Assembly (NCBI RefSeq): GCF_006345805.1
Contig: NC_042999.1
Coordinates: 44,516,001-44,580,000, forward strand
From: Octopus sinensis
Lineage: Eukaryota
Direction: 5' to 3'
Length of the DNA stretch: 64,000 bases
In this document: in pieces, positions 34,653 to 46,701 of the stretch
Layout of the letters: every line of letters starts with the position of its first letter
How positions within the stretch are numbered: the first letter of the stretch is position 1
The notes under the pieces: generated by a model
Seen by the model: only the letters and a program-made list of their open reading frames with translations
What the model was told of the DNA's origin: nothing
Databases searched by the model: none
Position numbers and translations under genes: made by a program

Positions 34653-37600
34653 GTATATATATATATATATAATGTACATGTATACACACATACAGAGAAA
34701 AAGGTGATAATTTTTGTTCTATAGATGTAAATAGCATTTAATGTCCATGTTTGACTTGGACATTTTGACAGGATATGATTGGTCTAAAGACTGCATTATG
34801 ATTTTAAAAAATTTCCTAAATTAGCATGCCATTAAGGAAAAGGAAAGGCATATTGTCTGGAGATAATGGAGACATTAATGGACATGAGTTTTTGTCTCAG
34901 TTGGCATCATCAGTATGACAATTGTCTAAGCTTATCTCCAGTGACCAAGGGACTTAGACACATATAAAAAGAGTTGAAGACATTTATAGCTTATGTAATT
35001 TGTTTAGTTTAAAACAAAAATAGGCTTAGAGAAATACGCACTCACACACACACACACTGAAATGTATATATGTATGATTAAAATTGTGAAGATATCCTTC
35101 AGTTAGTGCAGCACAAGTGCAGAATCAAAACTTAGTTAAAAGTCTCATTAATACAGTAGTGTTTTAGCAAAGCCAGGTAATACAGTACCTTTTATCACAA
35201 TCTTTTCAACCAATCAAATTAACTGCTGCTTTTTTCTACATTATTTACTAAACAATGAATCATTCTATGAATAATGAATGTACATATTTACACACACTCT
35301 CATACAGTCAGATCTACACACTCATTCTGGTATATTTACAGCCAGTCACACTGAGGCACATTGCTACACAGAAACACATCTATACTGTACACACAAAAAC
35401 ACAGTTATGCCGTGCATAGGACCATGCATACACTTATCTGTATAAGTATGTATGTGTGGGGTACATTAGTCATTATTATTATCAATTGCTGTACGTTTTA
35501 TGAATAAAAATAAATTGGCAGTATCTTTCTTTTACTTGTTTCTGTTTAGTTTGTGGCCATGCTGGGGCACTGCCTCGAAGAATTTTTAGTTGAATGTATC
35601 GACCTCAGTACTTAGTTTTTTAAAGCTTGGTACTTATTCTATCAGTCTCTTTTGTTGAACTGCTAAGTTATGGGGATGTAAACACATCAGCACTGGTTGT
35701 CAAGCATTATTTAAAAAAGTACTTCAGTAACATTTGGTCCACTCTACTCAAATTTATATTCAGTGTATTGTTCTTTATATTAATATTTGTGCAAAATATG
35801 ACAGTAGTATTAGTTTTAGCTGGAAATAATATTAGTCATTGATTCTAGGTTTCTCTGAACTGCTTGATTTTTTTCTGTCTTCTTTTTGAAAAGGGGAACT
35901 CTTTACGCTGGTATCTTATAGGGTCATTTAAACAATTTAAGTGCGATAATACAATGATATACTAGTAATATGCAGATCAACTACAAAAGTAACTTTAAAA
36001 AGATTTCTTTGTCCTTATCTTTTACAATTATGATCAAGCAGTAATTACTCAACTGGTCCTAATAAAAAAAAAACATTCTTAGGCATGAGGCACTGCTGTT
36101 TCCATTTCTATCTCTGGGTCCCTGGGAAGATGAAAGCTTAGTCCTGCTAGCTTATACATTGTAGAATGCTTTTACCATTTGGTAAAATGCCATAGAAAAC
36201 TGTGCCTGTTATATAACTTTTAGTTTGTTTGCAATGATAAACTGCGTCTCTTATGTCCTCTACCTCTTGAGAAATGGACTGCCTTTTTATTCCAGGTCTA
36301 GATTTTGTTCAGTTCTCCTCTTTGACTACAAATCTTCATTTTTTTCATATTAAACTCTTCTTTTTGTATGGAGATCTTTGAAAAGAATGCTACTTGTTTT
36401 CCTCCTTGTCTACATGTGCATATTGTTCTTTGAAGCCATTATTCTATTATTATCTATCTGTCCTTCAACAATTCCAGCATTCTTCCAAAGTTTATTTTTT
36501 ATCAATGCTGTTTATTCATCAAACTGTGGAAATAAACTTGAGATATTTTTGTATTTAAATAGTTTATATTTTGATGTTCTCTTGTGTCAGACTAAATCAG
36601 TTGACATTTTAGATAACCTCTGCCCTGAAGTTGTAATAGGTGTAATTTATTTGGTGCGAAAAGAGTTAAAACATCTAGACATATTGAGATGGCAACATGC
36701 CAAGTTTTGTTTAGTTTGTAAAAGCTTCAACTATTCCTACATTGAGATAATTTTATGAGGTATGTATGTTTTTGATGTGTTTGTCAAAAGTAAAAGTGGT
36801 AATTAGTGGATATGAGAATACATAAACAGATATACAGATTAATTGCCCTGCGACAGCTTAATGACGAACTAGCATGTTTTGAATTTATAAAATTATGACC
36901 AATAATCCACCCTCACAACTTCAACATCTCTGAAATGATCAACTTTAAGAACTTTCATTAGATGCAATCATATTATCACATACTTTATCGCCTGTTTTTA
37001 AATGCTAGTACAAGTTTGGTTAGTTAACTCTGTTGAAAAGCTATTTTTCAATTGGGATCAAGTAAAGATGATTTTGTGATAAAAGGAATGTCAAAAAATG
37101 GAAGCTTAGAATCTCATTTTAAGTGATCTTATTTGACCAAGTTTTTCATGGAGTCCCATCAAGTTCTTAAAGACTGGTTCTTTTGGAAGGTAGTTTAAAA
37201 GGCTCTGAGTAAGATGATTACTACATTTATCATCACCATAAGCCACATTAAATAAAGAAAAGGCTTGAGAATGGATACTTGTAGGTTATACAAGAATTGT
37301 CAATTTATATGTTTAGCTTTCTTGTATCAAGAACATTAAATAAACTTGGTGTATTTTGAATAGAGGAAAATTCATTATATTCATATGCATATGCATTCTG
37401 TTTTAGACAGGCAAGTGATACAAATGCACTTATAGCTAATGAAAAGAAGAGAATTGTATGGAAAGATTTCCTGTGAAAGAATAAAGATACCAAACTCTTC
37501 TCTATTTGGTCTTTTTTAACTAGCATTTATTGTGATGTATAATAGGCTAAATTATTTTAAAGTATTTCATCTGGCACCTAAAAAGCACCCACTACACTCA

Positions 37601-39630
37601 CGGAGTGGTTGGCATTAGGAAGGGCATCCAGCTGTAGAAACATTGCCAGATCAGACTGGGCCTGGTGCAGCCTTCTGGCTCCCCAGACCCCAGTTGAACC
37701 GTCCAACCCATGCTAGCATGGAAAGCGGATGCTAAACGATGATGATGATTAAGTATTACAATCCCTGTATAGTATTGTATATCTGCATGACAGATATGTG
37801 CACACAAAGTGGTTGATACTTTGCTCTTCTTATAAAAAATTATATAAAGTGTTGACACACTATGAGTTTGATTAAATGAAGGACAAGGATCATAGTAACT
37901 TCTATGAACAATAAAAGATGGAAAATAGCATTACAAGCAGAAAAGAATTCAAATGTGAGTGAAGAAAATGAACTGTGAAACAAAAATCGAAGTTCGAAAA
38001 CAGAAATTATTACCAAGTTTACCATTTATTGGTTTATTTGTTTGATGCAGTCAAGTTTTTGGAAATTACCATGAACTCATCATCATCATCGTTTAAAGTC
38101 TGCTTTCCATGCTAGCATGGGTTGGACGGTTTGACTATGTCTGTTTATTTTTATATTTTATATGGAGTGAACTGGGTTACAGTTTTTTATAGCTGTTTGT
38201 TGTTGAATACTGACAATTACAGTGGTAGTAGCAACCCATAGAACTGCTGGATACTGGGGCAGATGTAGCTTGGATTTCAAAAATTTCATAGGATACTTGC
38301 AGGTGCAAATAAACACCATTCATCATCACTGGGTCATGGACCAGATGCATTTTGGATCTTTTACACCAGGAGTTCTATCTCATCATAGCCTCACAAGTTG
38401 GGATAATGATATTGAGGTCCTTGTGTTGTAGGTGCTATGTTGGAGCATCCCTTGATGGATGACCTAACAAGGCTAATGATTTCCATCTGGCTGTCCCTCT
38501 TTTAGGCTGGTTGCCAACCAAATCTGATGAGACCAGCCTATTTCTCTGGAATTTCTAGATTGTTGTTGAGCCAAAGCTAGGTTCATCTATCCTTTTGACA
38601 AGTATGGTTTCTATTCTACTGAGTTTCTAGCAACCCTCCTCACCATTTAACATGGTGGAGAGATGCCAGTTTAGTCACCATTGACCTAACCATGCTACAA
38701 ACAGTTGTGATACATGTTAACATGTAAGAGACCTAATGATTCCTTTGAAGAACTTTTTGGTTTGGTCATGCACTTTTTTATCCATAGATTGAACTTATCC
38801 ATGAAGCAGTCATCTCATTCTCTCTCAGGAAGGCATAGCTTTTTAAAATATTCTTACACATGCGTATTAAATATTTTTTGATTATGTAAGCTTTTCGTTA
38901 ATGTGACACACAGCAAAATTTTTAGTATTTTATGCTAAAAGCATTAAATTGTGATATCTTGTATTAGTAATAATGGATCAAAGGCAGGAAACTGAAATAA
39001 GAAATGGAGTGAGGGGCGACTGGACAGTTTGTTGGTTTATGTAACCAAGATAGAGAGGAGGCACTAGTTTACATTTGGAGTGAGCTAACTGCAGAAGTTC
39101 TATATTGGAACTAGAATTTTTGATCAACTTTTCCATTTCATGGAACATTTGTAATATAGTATTTTACAATCAAAAGTTAAACAATTATTTTTCAAACACT
39201 TAGTATGTGAATAGGTTTTTATTGCTTTATAATTTTTTTGTTTAATGTGGTCAAGTAGTAGAAATGATAATGCCATAATAAATGTCTTGCAGTATTTAGT
39301 CAAGTCCATTTACATTCTGGATATCCATCTTGCTGCAGTTAATATTGTCTTTCATCTTGCTGCAATCAATGAAAAGAATACTGGTTAAGTACTGGAATCA
39401 ATTTAGTTGGCTATACTCAATCTGTACAAACTTGTGATCTTGTACCTATTTAAGAAATCATTATTTTTCAATAATATAATGTATTGTTTCAAAAATCTGT
39501 ATTTTTTATACCGTATTTTTTAAGGTATTTTAAAATTTGATTTTCATATGTCTTACCTATTTTTTACATAAATGTTTCTTTTTTTTTTTTCTTCAGCAGG
39601 TAAAAAGCTTTAAATATAAGCTGTATCCTG

Positions 39631-40692
39631 ATGGAGACATCAGTCAGCAATACTTCTTGGGAAGATGAAGCAAAGTCAGATGAAGCTTCTTCCAGTGAAG
39701 AAAGTGAACATGACAACAAGAGTGATTTTGGAGAAGAGGAAGAAGAGGAGGAGGAAGAAGAAAGCAGGGATGAGGATGCATCTGACGGTATGATACAAGA
39801 CAATGCCTCTGATGGTATGGTACAAGACAATGCCTCTGATGGTATTGTACAAGACAATGCCTCTGATGGTATGGTACAAGACAATGCCTCTGATGGTATG
39901 GTACAAGACAATGCCTCTGATGGTATGGTACAAGACAATGCATCTGATGGTATGATGCAAGACAATGCATCCGACAGTGTGATACAAGACAATGTGTCGC
40001 TTTCAAAAGATATCGAGGATAATGTACCTGAGGAAAATGCATCAGCTGATGATAAGATCTTGTTTGATAACAGTGACAATGCTGACACAAGTTGTGAAAA
40101 AGATGATGATAGTTTTGCTGAGGATAATGAAGAATTAGATGATGTAAAAAAAAAGGCAGCTACAGATGTAGGTAATAAGTCGTCAGATGTTTTGAATGAA
40201 ACTGAAGTAACCGAATGTAATGAAGAAAAACAAGATGTAGATGATGCTAATACTGATGAAGTTGAACAAAATAATTTAGCTGATTCTAGCAATGAAGAAG
40301 GATTTGGTGGGAATTCTTCAAATGAAAATTTGTCTGAGTCAGAGCTTAAAGCAACATCATCAGTACCTACATCTAGCAATGATAAGGATAAGGATGTTAA
40401 AGAAGTTGTTGAAAATTCAAAGCAAACTGAACCTAGTTTTGATACAGAGAATGAGCAAAATGCTAATGAAGACAGTGTAAAAATTAGTCCAATTGAAAAC
40501 AGGTTAAGTGAGAAGAGAATAGTTAAAATCCGTGATAGTGGCATTCTTCCACAACCATCTCTATCAGAAGAACACGTGGAGTTGGATTATGATGAAGAAG
40601 ATATGGAAGAAACATCAGCAAGAACAGTTTCTATGGAAGTAAAAACTGACAAGGAGGAAAAAGATGAAGGAGAATGGGAGAAAGAGAAAAAG
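39631..40692 (+). CDS. ZC3H18: ZC3H18 first coding exon: long acidic low-complexity N-terminus with 8x 9-aa repeat
   Basis: Poly-T acceptor TTCAG|CAG| at 39596/39599, ATG 39631, 354 open codons, donor AAG|GTAAGA; in frame with downstream exons that are clearly ZC3H18. Confidence 0.85.
39778..39993 (+). repeat. ZC3H18: Coding 27-bp tandem repeat x8 (ASDGMVQDN)
   Basis: GCCTCTGATGGTATGGTACAAGACAAT units, 216 bp, in frame. Confidence 0.95.
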
Positions 40693-41103
40693 GTAAGACC
40701 AGATTGTTTTTCATTTTCTAATCAGTCACAAGACAACAAATTAGTCTTTGGGCTATTTATGAGCAAAGAGCTGGAGAGGTTAGGCGAATGGGTTCTTTTA
40801 ATAGAGAAGGTTAGGACAGTTGAACATCAGATTAAAGGTTTTAATATGGTAAGTCCTCACTGATCTAAGATTGACTCTAGAATGTAATGTTGAATAATGA
40901 AAAGTATCACTTCAATATCTTGTTGATTTGAAGCATCCATAAAATTGTCCTAAAAATTTGCTGTTGCTAGGCTTTTAGCTAGCATATATGTATGTATACA
41001 TGAACATATGTATATGAATATGTTTGTGCGCATTGTGTGTGTATTTATACACATACATATACGTGTTGTGTATGTATGTGTGTGTATATATATATATATA
41101 TAT

Positions 41104-41783
41104 ATTTCAACAATTGAGGGCAAAATTAATTAATTATTAATCAATTTCACCAAGTGTTCAGTATGCAAAGGGACCATTCAAGGCGAATTCAAATTATTAC
41201 ATTATATAAAAGGGCTTAGTAAAATAAATTACTTTGCCGCATACTGAACTCATTAGAAATAGCAGCTAAAAAACTTTTTTAAAGCTATTTCTAATACTTA
41301 ACGAAAATCTCTCTCATATATAGTGTTTGCTTAATTCAACTCACAAAAGTTTGGGGGTAAGGACATCGAAAAATCAAATGCTAAGGTTATTTGAGAACGT
41401 ACGTTTCAAGATTAGTCAAAAACAACACTTCTATCATCAGCTCAGAAATTCCTTGGTTTGGATTTGGAAACACTGAAAATAAGAACATACCCTTTCGAAG
41501 ATCTGCTCGTAACTAACAGTGCCAACAAATTCAAAATAAGCAAGCGAAGAATCTCTGTTCTCCCCTTTCCACCAGCGTGGGTTAAAATCATCAAACACTA
41601 TGCTTATTTCGGTAAAATCCGAAGCATTAATCAGAGGGAGATTAATTATAATTTCAACAATTGAGGGCAAAATTAAGTATTCGTTAAGTATTAGATATAG
41701 CTTTAAAAAAGTTTTTTAGCTGCTATTTCTAATGAGTTCAGTATGCGGCAAAGTAATTTATTTTACTAAGCCCTTTTATATAA
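41104..41783. mobile_element. (TA)n-flanked element with a 26-bp direct repeat and a ~103-bp inverted repeat (Penelope-like end architecture, tentative)
   Basis: ATTTCAACAATTGAGGGCAAAATTAA at 41104 and 41651; 41201-41303 is the reverse complement of 41680-41783 with about one difference. Confidence 0.55.
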
Positions 41784-42141
41784 TATATATATATATATAT
41801 ATAAAACCATAATATTAGTGCCAAGCAGTGTTTAGGTTAGTTAAAATATGTTTGTGACATGTTTCTGGAGTAGTAAATCTTTCTGGATATTGAAGAAAAT
41901 GTAAATTATTTTTTAATTGTTATGAGGTAGTTATAAATATTATTTTCTGTTATTGACAGCCATTCTAAGCATAAATTTATCTTTGTTTTATTTTTATATC
42001 ATTTACTGATTTCTTTTTTTTTTTTTTCAACTTGGTTAAAAACCTCCTCTCTTATTTTTATATTTAATCTTCATTCTTTTATTAAATGTGTTTATATAAT
42101 TACAACATCAAATGGTAAACAATCTTGTCTTTATTTTGAAG

Positions 42142-42183
42142 GAGGCTGTGTTATCAGATAGAGATGATGGAGAAGTGGATGAT
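42142..42183 (+). CDS. ZC3H18: ZC3H18 42-nt exon (EAVLSDRDDGEVDD)
   Basis: TTTTGAAG|GAG ... GAT|GTAAGT, phase 0/0; corresponds to the vertebrate DDGEIDD segment. Confidence 0.85.
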
Positions 42184-43786
42184 GTAAGTGTGCATTTTCG
42201 TTTTCAAGTTTTATTTTTATTGTTTTCAATCTTTGTTATGGTCGTTGTTGATAAGGCACCAAACTACGGATGGCATAGTCATTAGTTTGACTCTGCTACA
42301 ACCACTTGACTTAATTGACTAATTAGCAGTCTTTTGTTAATGAATGGTTAATAGCAGGAAAGGCAAACTCCAGTAATGTGTAATAATCCAAAATTGAAAA
42401 AGCAAGCACATTCTGATCTTGTTTCTGAAGAAGAAAGTAAATTGTTAAAAGAAGGGAGAATGATAGCATGGAAGATATGAAGTTAATATTTAGTTCTATG
42501 AAGTAAACATTTTCCTGAATTCTCATTTTAATCTATAAGCTGTTTGTAATACTGGAAAAATTTATTGATTTTAGCAACTGTGTTAACTAATGGGAGAATA
42601 TATAAATTAGCATATGTTTGTTGTTGGTGCCTTTTGCTTTTAGTCATCATCATTATCTATCCATCTTCCATTTCATGAGGAATTGCTACATGCAGCTTTG
42701 ATAATAGTTGTCTGTGTGATTAAGTTCACATTCTAACTACATAGCTTCAGGTTCACTTTGATTGTGTGGCCTGCTGTGTAAGTGTCTTCTACTACAGTTC
42801 CAGGCCGACCTTAGCTTTGAACTTTGTGAATGGATTTGGTTGACAGAAACTAAAAGAAGCCTCTGTGTGTGTGTGTGTTTCCTTGGCTTGACACTGTATA
42901 GTAGATGTCAGTGAATATTATCAGCATCAAATTCTGTCCTTTTGTTTCCAATAATCTGTGAAAACCTGTCTGGCCATGAGGTAACATTACCTTGCTTAGA
43001 AACAGGTGAGGTTTAGTGACATGAAGGGAATCTGGCCATAGATAAATCTGCTGTAATGAATTCCGTCTGACCCATCCAAGCATGGAAAAATGGACAGTAA
43101 AAATGATGATGATGATGATGGAATAGAGGCTTTTTTTTTCTCAAATGTACTTTCAACTAAAGAATTAAGGAAACATTTCATGAAAGGGTTAGTTTAAAAG
43201 TATGTGGTATCACATGAGCTAAAATAACAAAAATTCATTCCTTGTAAACTTTGCATTCAAAACAATTTACATGTTAAAAGGTCAATTTTGTCAACTGTTT
43301 CTTCTAAAATTTCTGGTCTTGTTCCAGAAATATTAGAAATTGTTGGTAGAATCATTAGAGCATCAAACAAAATGTTTTGCTGCTATATTTACTTCTGTTG
43401 ATATCAACTTTGCCTTTCATCCTTTTTTGGGTTGAGAAAATGAAGCAACAGCCAAATACTGGAGTTGGTATAATTAGTTGTTCTCTTTCCCCCAGCAAAT
43501 TTCTGGCTTTGTGCCTATATGGGGAAATTATTAAAAATATGGCCTAATTGATAGTTGTTAGTGTGTTGGGTACAATACCTTGCAGTTCTGGCTCTCTGAG
43601 ATTGGAGTTCAGATCCTGCTGAGATAAACTTGGCCTCCCATCTTTCCAGAAGTAGTAAAATAAAGTACAAGTCCTGTATTGGAGTTGATTTAGTTGACTA
43701 ACCCCCTTTCCTGCTTTTCATGCTTTGTGCTTATGTTACAAACAATTATTATTCTGTAGCAAATTATTATTATTATATTTTTGAAG

Positions 43787-43928
43787 GATGATGATTGTGA
43801 AGAAGGTGAAATACGTGAACCTGGCAGCAAGAAACCATTCCAAAAGCCACTTTGCCGATTCTTTTCCAAAGGTCACTGTACATGGGGTGCTTCCTGTAGA
43901 TTTTTACATCCAGGAGTCAATGATAAAG
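43787..43928 (+). CDS. ZC3H18: ZC3H18 exon with CCCH zinc finger (DDDCEEGEIREP...CRFFSKGHCTWGASCRFLHPGVNDK)
   Basis: C-x8-C-x5-C-x3-H finger nearly identical to human ZC3H18 CRFFMKGNCTWGMNCRFIHPGVNDKG; TGAAG| acceptor, G|GTTATA donor. Confidence 0.95.
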
Positions 43929-44784
43929 GTTATATATACTTTATTTATCTTTAATGTAAATCCCTTTATAAAAAAAACATTAATATTACTAGTATGAAGA
44001 AAGATAAAAATCATGAGTGTTTTGACATTTATAACTCTTGTGAAAATAATTAAAGTGAATCTTTTATTTGATGAAAATGAGCTAAAACAGCAAATAATAA
44101 TGTAATAGGATGAGTCACTTGAACTCAACTGTTGAGGATCAGTTGGAGGAATGCTATACAAATAATATAAATTTGTCAATGAGTTTGCCTATGATGTGAA
44201 GGCATGTAGCCTAGTGGTTAGGGTGTTGGGTCACAATTGTAAGGTTGTGGTTTTGATTTCCAGACCAGGCAGTTGAATTCTTGGCATTTCATGTTCATGC
44301 TGCTCCAGTTCGCTTGGCCTAAATTGAGTACTGGTAATAGGTGAGGGTTAATCCTGCAACAGACAGCATCCTCTTTCAAGATAAACTCCAGCCTAAAGAA
44401 CCTAAGACCATTCATAATGAAAAGCTGTATCCACAGTGCTAGGCCATATTAAAAAATAATGCAAATCTGTGCAAGCAATCATTGAAGCTCTGAATATTTC
44501 AGAATGCAGTTAGTACTCGGGTGAGGACATGGTCGTGTGGTTAAGAATTCATTTCATAATTCTCTGGCTTCAGGCTCGATCGCCCTACATGGAACATTGG
44601 GCAAGTGTTTTCTAGGCACACCCTCACATTGTGGGTGGAATTTGGTAAATGGAAGCTCATTGGAGGGACTGTTCTTATATGCTAAACTTTAATCCACACC
44701 TCAGATTAACATTGACACTTGGCCCTTGGACATCTTTAATGGAGCTCTGTAGTGTTGTGAGAATTCTGGCTATGTCTACTTTAA

Positions 44785-44992
44785 CCCTTTACCTTTCAGA
44801 TTCTGTCAAATCTAATGCTTATTTATTTACATTCCTTTGCATTATCTTGTGTATCTTCGAGATTTTGAAGGTATGATTGTATATATTTAGACAGATATTG
44901 TAGGGTAGGTGTGAGAAGCCAAATCTAGCTGGTTCAAACATTAAACAGGTAGAATATTTGGACTTTGTATAATCGGTTTAAATGCTAAAGGG
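44785..44992. mobile_element. piggyBac-type MITE, family 1
   Basis: TTAA|CCCTTT ... TAAAGGG|TTAA. Confidence 0.8.
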
Positions 44993-45792
44993 TTAACAAT
45001 AGCTTTTTCTTCCTTTCTCTTTCAAGTTCAGGAGGTCCTGGAAAGGATTATCAATTGTTGCCTTTCCTCCTGACCAAGCAATGAAACAAAATTTTAAGAA
45101 AAGAAGAGTATAGTAGTTTGTTGTTTAGACCTTAGCTATCCTGATTGAACAGACTTATAATCAAAAGTGTTCTGTCTTTTTTCCTTGTCAGACAGTATGT
45201 ATGTAGGACTGCATTATCTTTTGTGTCATTCTTTTTGTAAGGAGGGAGATATGGCACTTATTTCTAGAAGGTTGAGTGACCACATAAAAATTCCTGTGGC
45301 TTGAAAAAGTAAAATCTTTATCACTACTGTGGCTATGATGAGTAGATGTTCTGTTTTTACTGATGACTAAAAGCCCTCCTGTGAGTAAACAAAAAAAAAA
45401 TAGTTGTGTAATGTGGACAAGGTGTGGTTTCTGACCATTTTAGGGCAAGACTGTTCTTGAGATAGTAATAATAAGAAAACTTGATAGCAATATATATTAT
45501 AGCCATTCAGCAAAGTTCTGCAATGAAGTGCCACCTGAAACACGAATACACCACTCCTTACTGCATATAGATCTGTTTGACTTGAAATTTTTTTGCTATT
45601 TTGCTGATGCAGACTCTAGTCTCCTTAAATTCTAGTTTTTACTTTAGCGAGAGAGAGATGGAGATGAACAAAAAAAGAAACCCGACCTATGTTTGCTTAT
45701 TTTTCCCAATTCACCAGTTAACTTAGTGAAATTTGAACCAAATGTTCCAGTCAAGTTTTTAAATAGTTTCTTCCTTTAAATTCTCCTTAAAG

Positions 45793-45902
45793 GCAATTAT
45801 CGGCTAATTGAGCGTCCTGGTTTCAACAATGGATTTGGAATGACCACCACTATAAGAGGAAGGAGACCACCTTTTGGAGCTGCTGCACCATGGGTACCTG
45901 AT
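45793..45902 (+). CDS. ZC3H18: ZC3H18 exon (GNYRLIERPGF...AAPWVPD)
   Basis: TTAAAG|GC ... GAT|GTAAGT; completes KGNY after the zinc finger and is frame-consistent. Confidence 0.9.
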
Positions 45903-46574
45903 GTAAGTGATTTTAGTATTTCTTGCTTTAAGATTGCCAAGTGAATATCCAGCCATTATGTTAAGCAATATAGTTGGTTTTCTTTAAAAGACTTCTGTAT
46001 GAAAAATGTTATATTTCACAAAACTTTTCTTCTGGTACTGATTTGTGAAATTTTTGTTTAGAAATTATGTCTTGTGAAAAAAAACAAAAAAAAACAGATA
46101 AGAGTTTTTCTTGTATTTGTATTCTGATAGGAACAGATATAATGTTGTAATACTTTGCAAAATGGTGATTGTTATAGAGATATATAATGTAGATTTCTCC
46201 ATACACTGATTCAGCATTAATTAACTGAAATGTTCTTATCCAGTTTTCAATACCTGGAAAACAAATAACTTAAGAGTTAGAAATGGATATTTTCATAAAT
46301 TCAAAGATGTTAATTAAGATGTATAAGAAAAAAAATCTCAGACAAAGATAATGCATGATTAATTCAAAACAGGTGACAGAGTGATATGAATGCTAAAGTT
46401 TAAGGCTGAAAAAATTAATTATGTAGATATCTAAATTTATAGAAAAACTAACGAGAAAAAAATGTCAGCTAAATGTGTAAATTGAGAATAGAGGCATATG
46501 AAGAATCTTGTGTATATGTTTCTTATTGTTACTTTCTGTATTAAGAAAACATTTGTAATTTCAATATTTTGTAG

Positions 46575-46661
46575 GTTCCACTTATACCAGATATACCACC
46601 TCCAAGAGAAGAGCCTCCTGCTGAAACTGCTTGGGAAAGAGGTCTTCGCTATGCAAAAGAG
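46575..46661 (+). CDS. ZC3H18: ZC3H18 exon (VPLIPDIPPPREEPPAETAWERGLRYAKE)
   Basis: TGTAG|GTT ... GAG|GTTTGT; conserved ESAWERGLRHAKE motif. Confidence 0.95.
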
Positions 46662-46701
46662 GTTTGTCAATGTTTTTATTTTGAAGTGGCTTTCTAAGAG
46701 A

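Noticed and set aside
38490-38550. CTGATGA at ~38523 inside a 9-bp hairpin as another hammerhead or HDV-like ribozyme
   Set aside because: No GAAA partner or stem II, and I could not fold an HDV-like double pseudoknot; more likely a decayed RTE 5' UTR.
39564-40544. 326-aa antisense ORF opposite ZC3H18 exon 2
   Set aside because: Mirror of a low-complexity acidic coding strand and its tandem repeat; S/L-rich with no recognisable domain.
40693-40863. Read-through of the 410-aa ORF past 40692 as an alternative C-terminus
   Set aside because: A strong GTAAGA donor at 40693 gives in-frame splicing to conserved exons, and there is no clear AATAAA downstream; only RNA data could rescue it.
41720-41765. 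CTAATGAG...GGCAAAG as a degenerate hammerhead
   Set aside because: Both core boxes are altered and there is no convincing stem II; too weak to call.
43929-45792. Possible second U12 intron (TCCTTAA next to the acceptor, weak GTTATA donor)
   Set aside because: The donor does not match GTATCCTT, and the branch-like motif abuts the AG without the required spacing; treated as a U2 intron with a weak donor.
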